Positions 63,469 to 64,000 of a stretch of 64,000 bases of DNA are shown here, piece after piece; positions within the stretch are counted from its first letter, which is position 1; each line of letters starts with the position of its first letter. The translations under genes and the position numbers were made by a program. Below the pieces are notes generated by a model. It ran no database searches, was not told the DNA's origin, and saw only the letters and a list, made by a program, of their open reading frames with translations. Location of the stretch: positions 22,944,001 to 23,008,000 of the forward strand of contig CP086569.2 of assembly GCA_009914755.4 (NCBI GenBank). The letters are read 5' to 3'. Source of the stretch: the human T2T-CHM13v2.0 reference genome, Homo sapiens.

Positions 63469-63839
63469 CTGTGTGCATAAGTTTAAGCAACAAATTTTAA
63501 ATTTTCAACTTCTAGTATCCAATACATGACTAACTTACAACTTAAACAAAATTAAAAGGCCAAACATCTAAACAGATATTTCTCCAAATAAAATCGGCAA
63601 ATGCCCAAAAAGCACACGGGACTGATACTCATATTCAGCGATTCAGAAAATGCATTTCTTTTTGTTTCATTATACTTTAAGTTCTAGGATACATGTGCAT
63701 GATGAGTTAATGGGTGCAGAAAATGCATTTCAAGTCCAAAATGGGATATCATATTTCAAACACACATTTGAATGGCAATAAATTTCAAACAGCAGGAAAT
63801 AACAAGTGTTTGAGAGGATGTAGATAAATTGGAATGCTG

Positions 63840-64000
63840 ATACAATGCTAGGTTGGAACGGGAAATGATGCAGCTACTATGGAGAAATGTGGTGGTTCCT
63901 CAAGAAAACAAACATCATTATCATAGGACCATGCAATTCCACTCATATACACCCAGAACCGAATAAGCATACTCAAACGAATATTGGTGCGTAGAAATAC
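63840..64000 (+). mobile_element. L1 (LINE-1) ORF2 3'-region fragment, intronic in RBMY1; continuation of the L1 piece that is truncated in the downstream cassette copies
   Basis: 'ggatgtagataaattggaatgctgatacaatgctaggttggaacgggaaatgatgcagctactatggagaaatgtggtggttcctcaagaaaacaaacatcattatcataggaccatgcaattccactcatatacacccag' resembles the L1 consensus '...tactatggaaaacagtatggaggttcctcaaaaaactaaaaatagaactaccatatgatccagcaatcccactcctgggtatatacccaaa'. Confidence 0.7.

Larger units (their letters stand above)
61150..63830 (-). repeat. RBMY1: Tandem ~545-bp genomic cassette x5 carrying the SRGY-box exons of RBMY1 (4 functional + 1 degenerate), each with L1-derived flanks
   Basis: Exon starts at 61338, 61828, 62372, 62917 and 63468 give a period of about 490-550 bp. 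Each cassette repeats 'gcataagtttaagcaacaaattttaaattttcaacttctagtatcc...ccaaacatctaaat...gggcaaatgcccaaaaagcacatgggacagatactcatattcagtgattcag', plus an inverted L1 3'-end fragment ('ttttattatactttaagttctagggtccatgtgcatgatgagttaatgggtgcag') and an L1 ORF2-like fragment ('aacaagtgtttgagaggatgtagataaattggagccctgatacaatgttagttggaatg'). Confidence 0.85.

Overview
This is eukaryotic (primate) DNA, not prokaryotic, most likely from the male-specific region of a human or great-ape Y chromosome. It has three parts.

- **Positions 1 to about 51,055: a tandem array.** About 22 head-to-tail copies of a roughly 2.4-kb unit lie in the + orientation and are about 85-90% identical to one another. The window starts inside a unit, so the array probably continues upstream. 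Several units are altered: one carries an insertion, some have internal deletions, one has a polypurine microsatellite expansion, and the last is scrambled.
  - Each unit carries conserved splice signals around a roughly 75-160-nt exon-like segment that has stops in all frames, plus a second conserved acceptor. This suggests the array encodes a repetitive spliced non-coding RNA of the Y-linked testis-transcript (TTTY/TTY2) kind.
  - This array identity is inferred, not proven. It is not the DAZ 2.4-kb repeat, because no DAZ 24-aa repeat exon is present.
- **Positions 51,056 to 60,060: a roughly 9-kb low-copy spacer.** It carries six Alu elements (five full-length, one partial) and one old Alu-like fragment.
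- **Positions 60,062 to the window end: the 3' half of an RBMY1-family gene on the minus strand, convergent with the array.**
  - The last coding exon, the preceding exon and all four SRGY-box exons translate to the RBMY1 protein sequence as I recall it (ending ...[12 protein letters not shown]), with intact splice sites and an AATAAA signal.
  - The SRGY exons sit in a roughly 545-bp tandem genomic cassette that co-amplified L1-derived flanks.
  - A fifth, degenerate cassette copy between boxes 3 and 4 is a dead pseudo-exon with an in-frame stop and both splice sites lost.
  - The 5' exons of the gene lie beyond the window end.

Most six-frame ORFs in the array are repeat-derived and not credible genes. 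No rRNA, tRNA, CRISPR or prokaryotic system is present.
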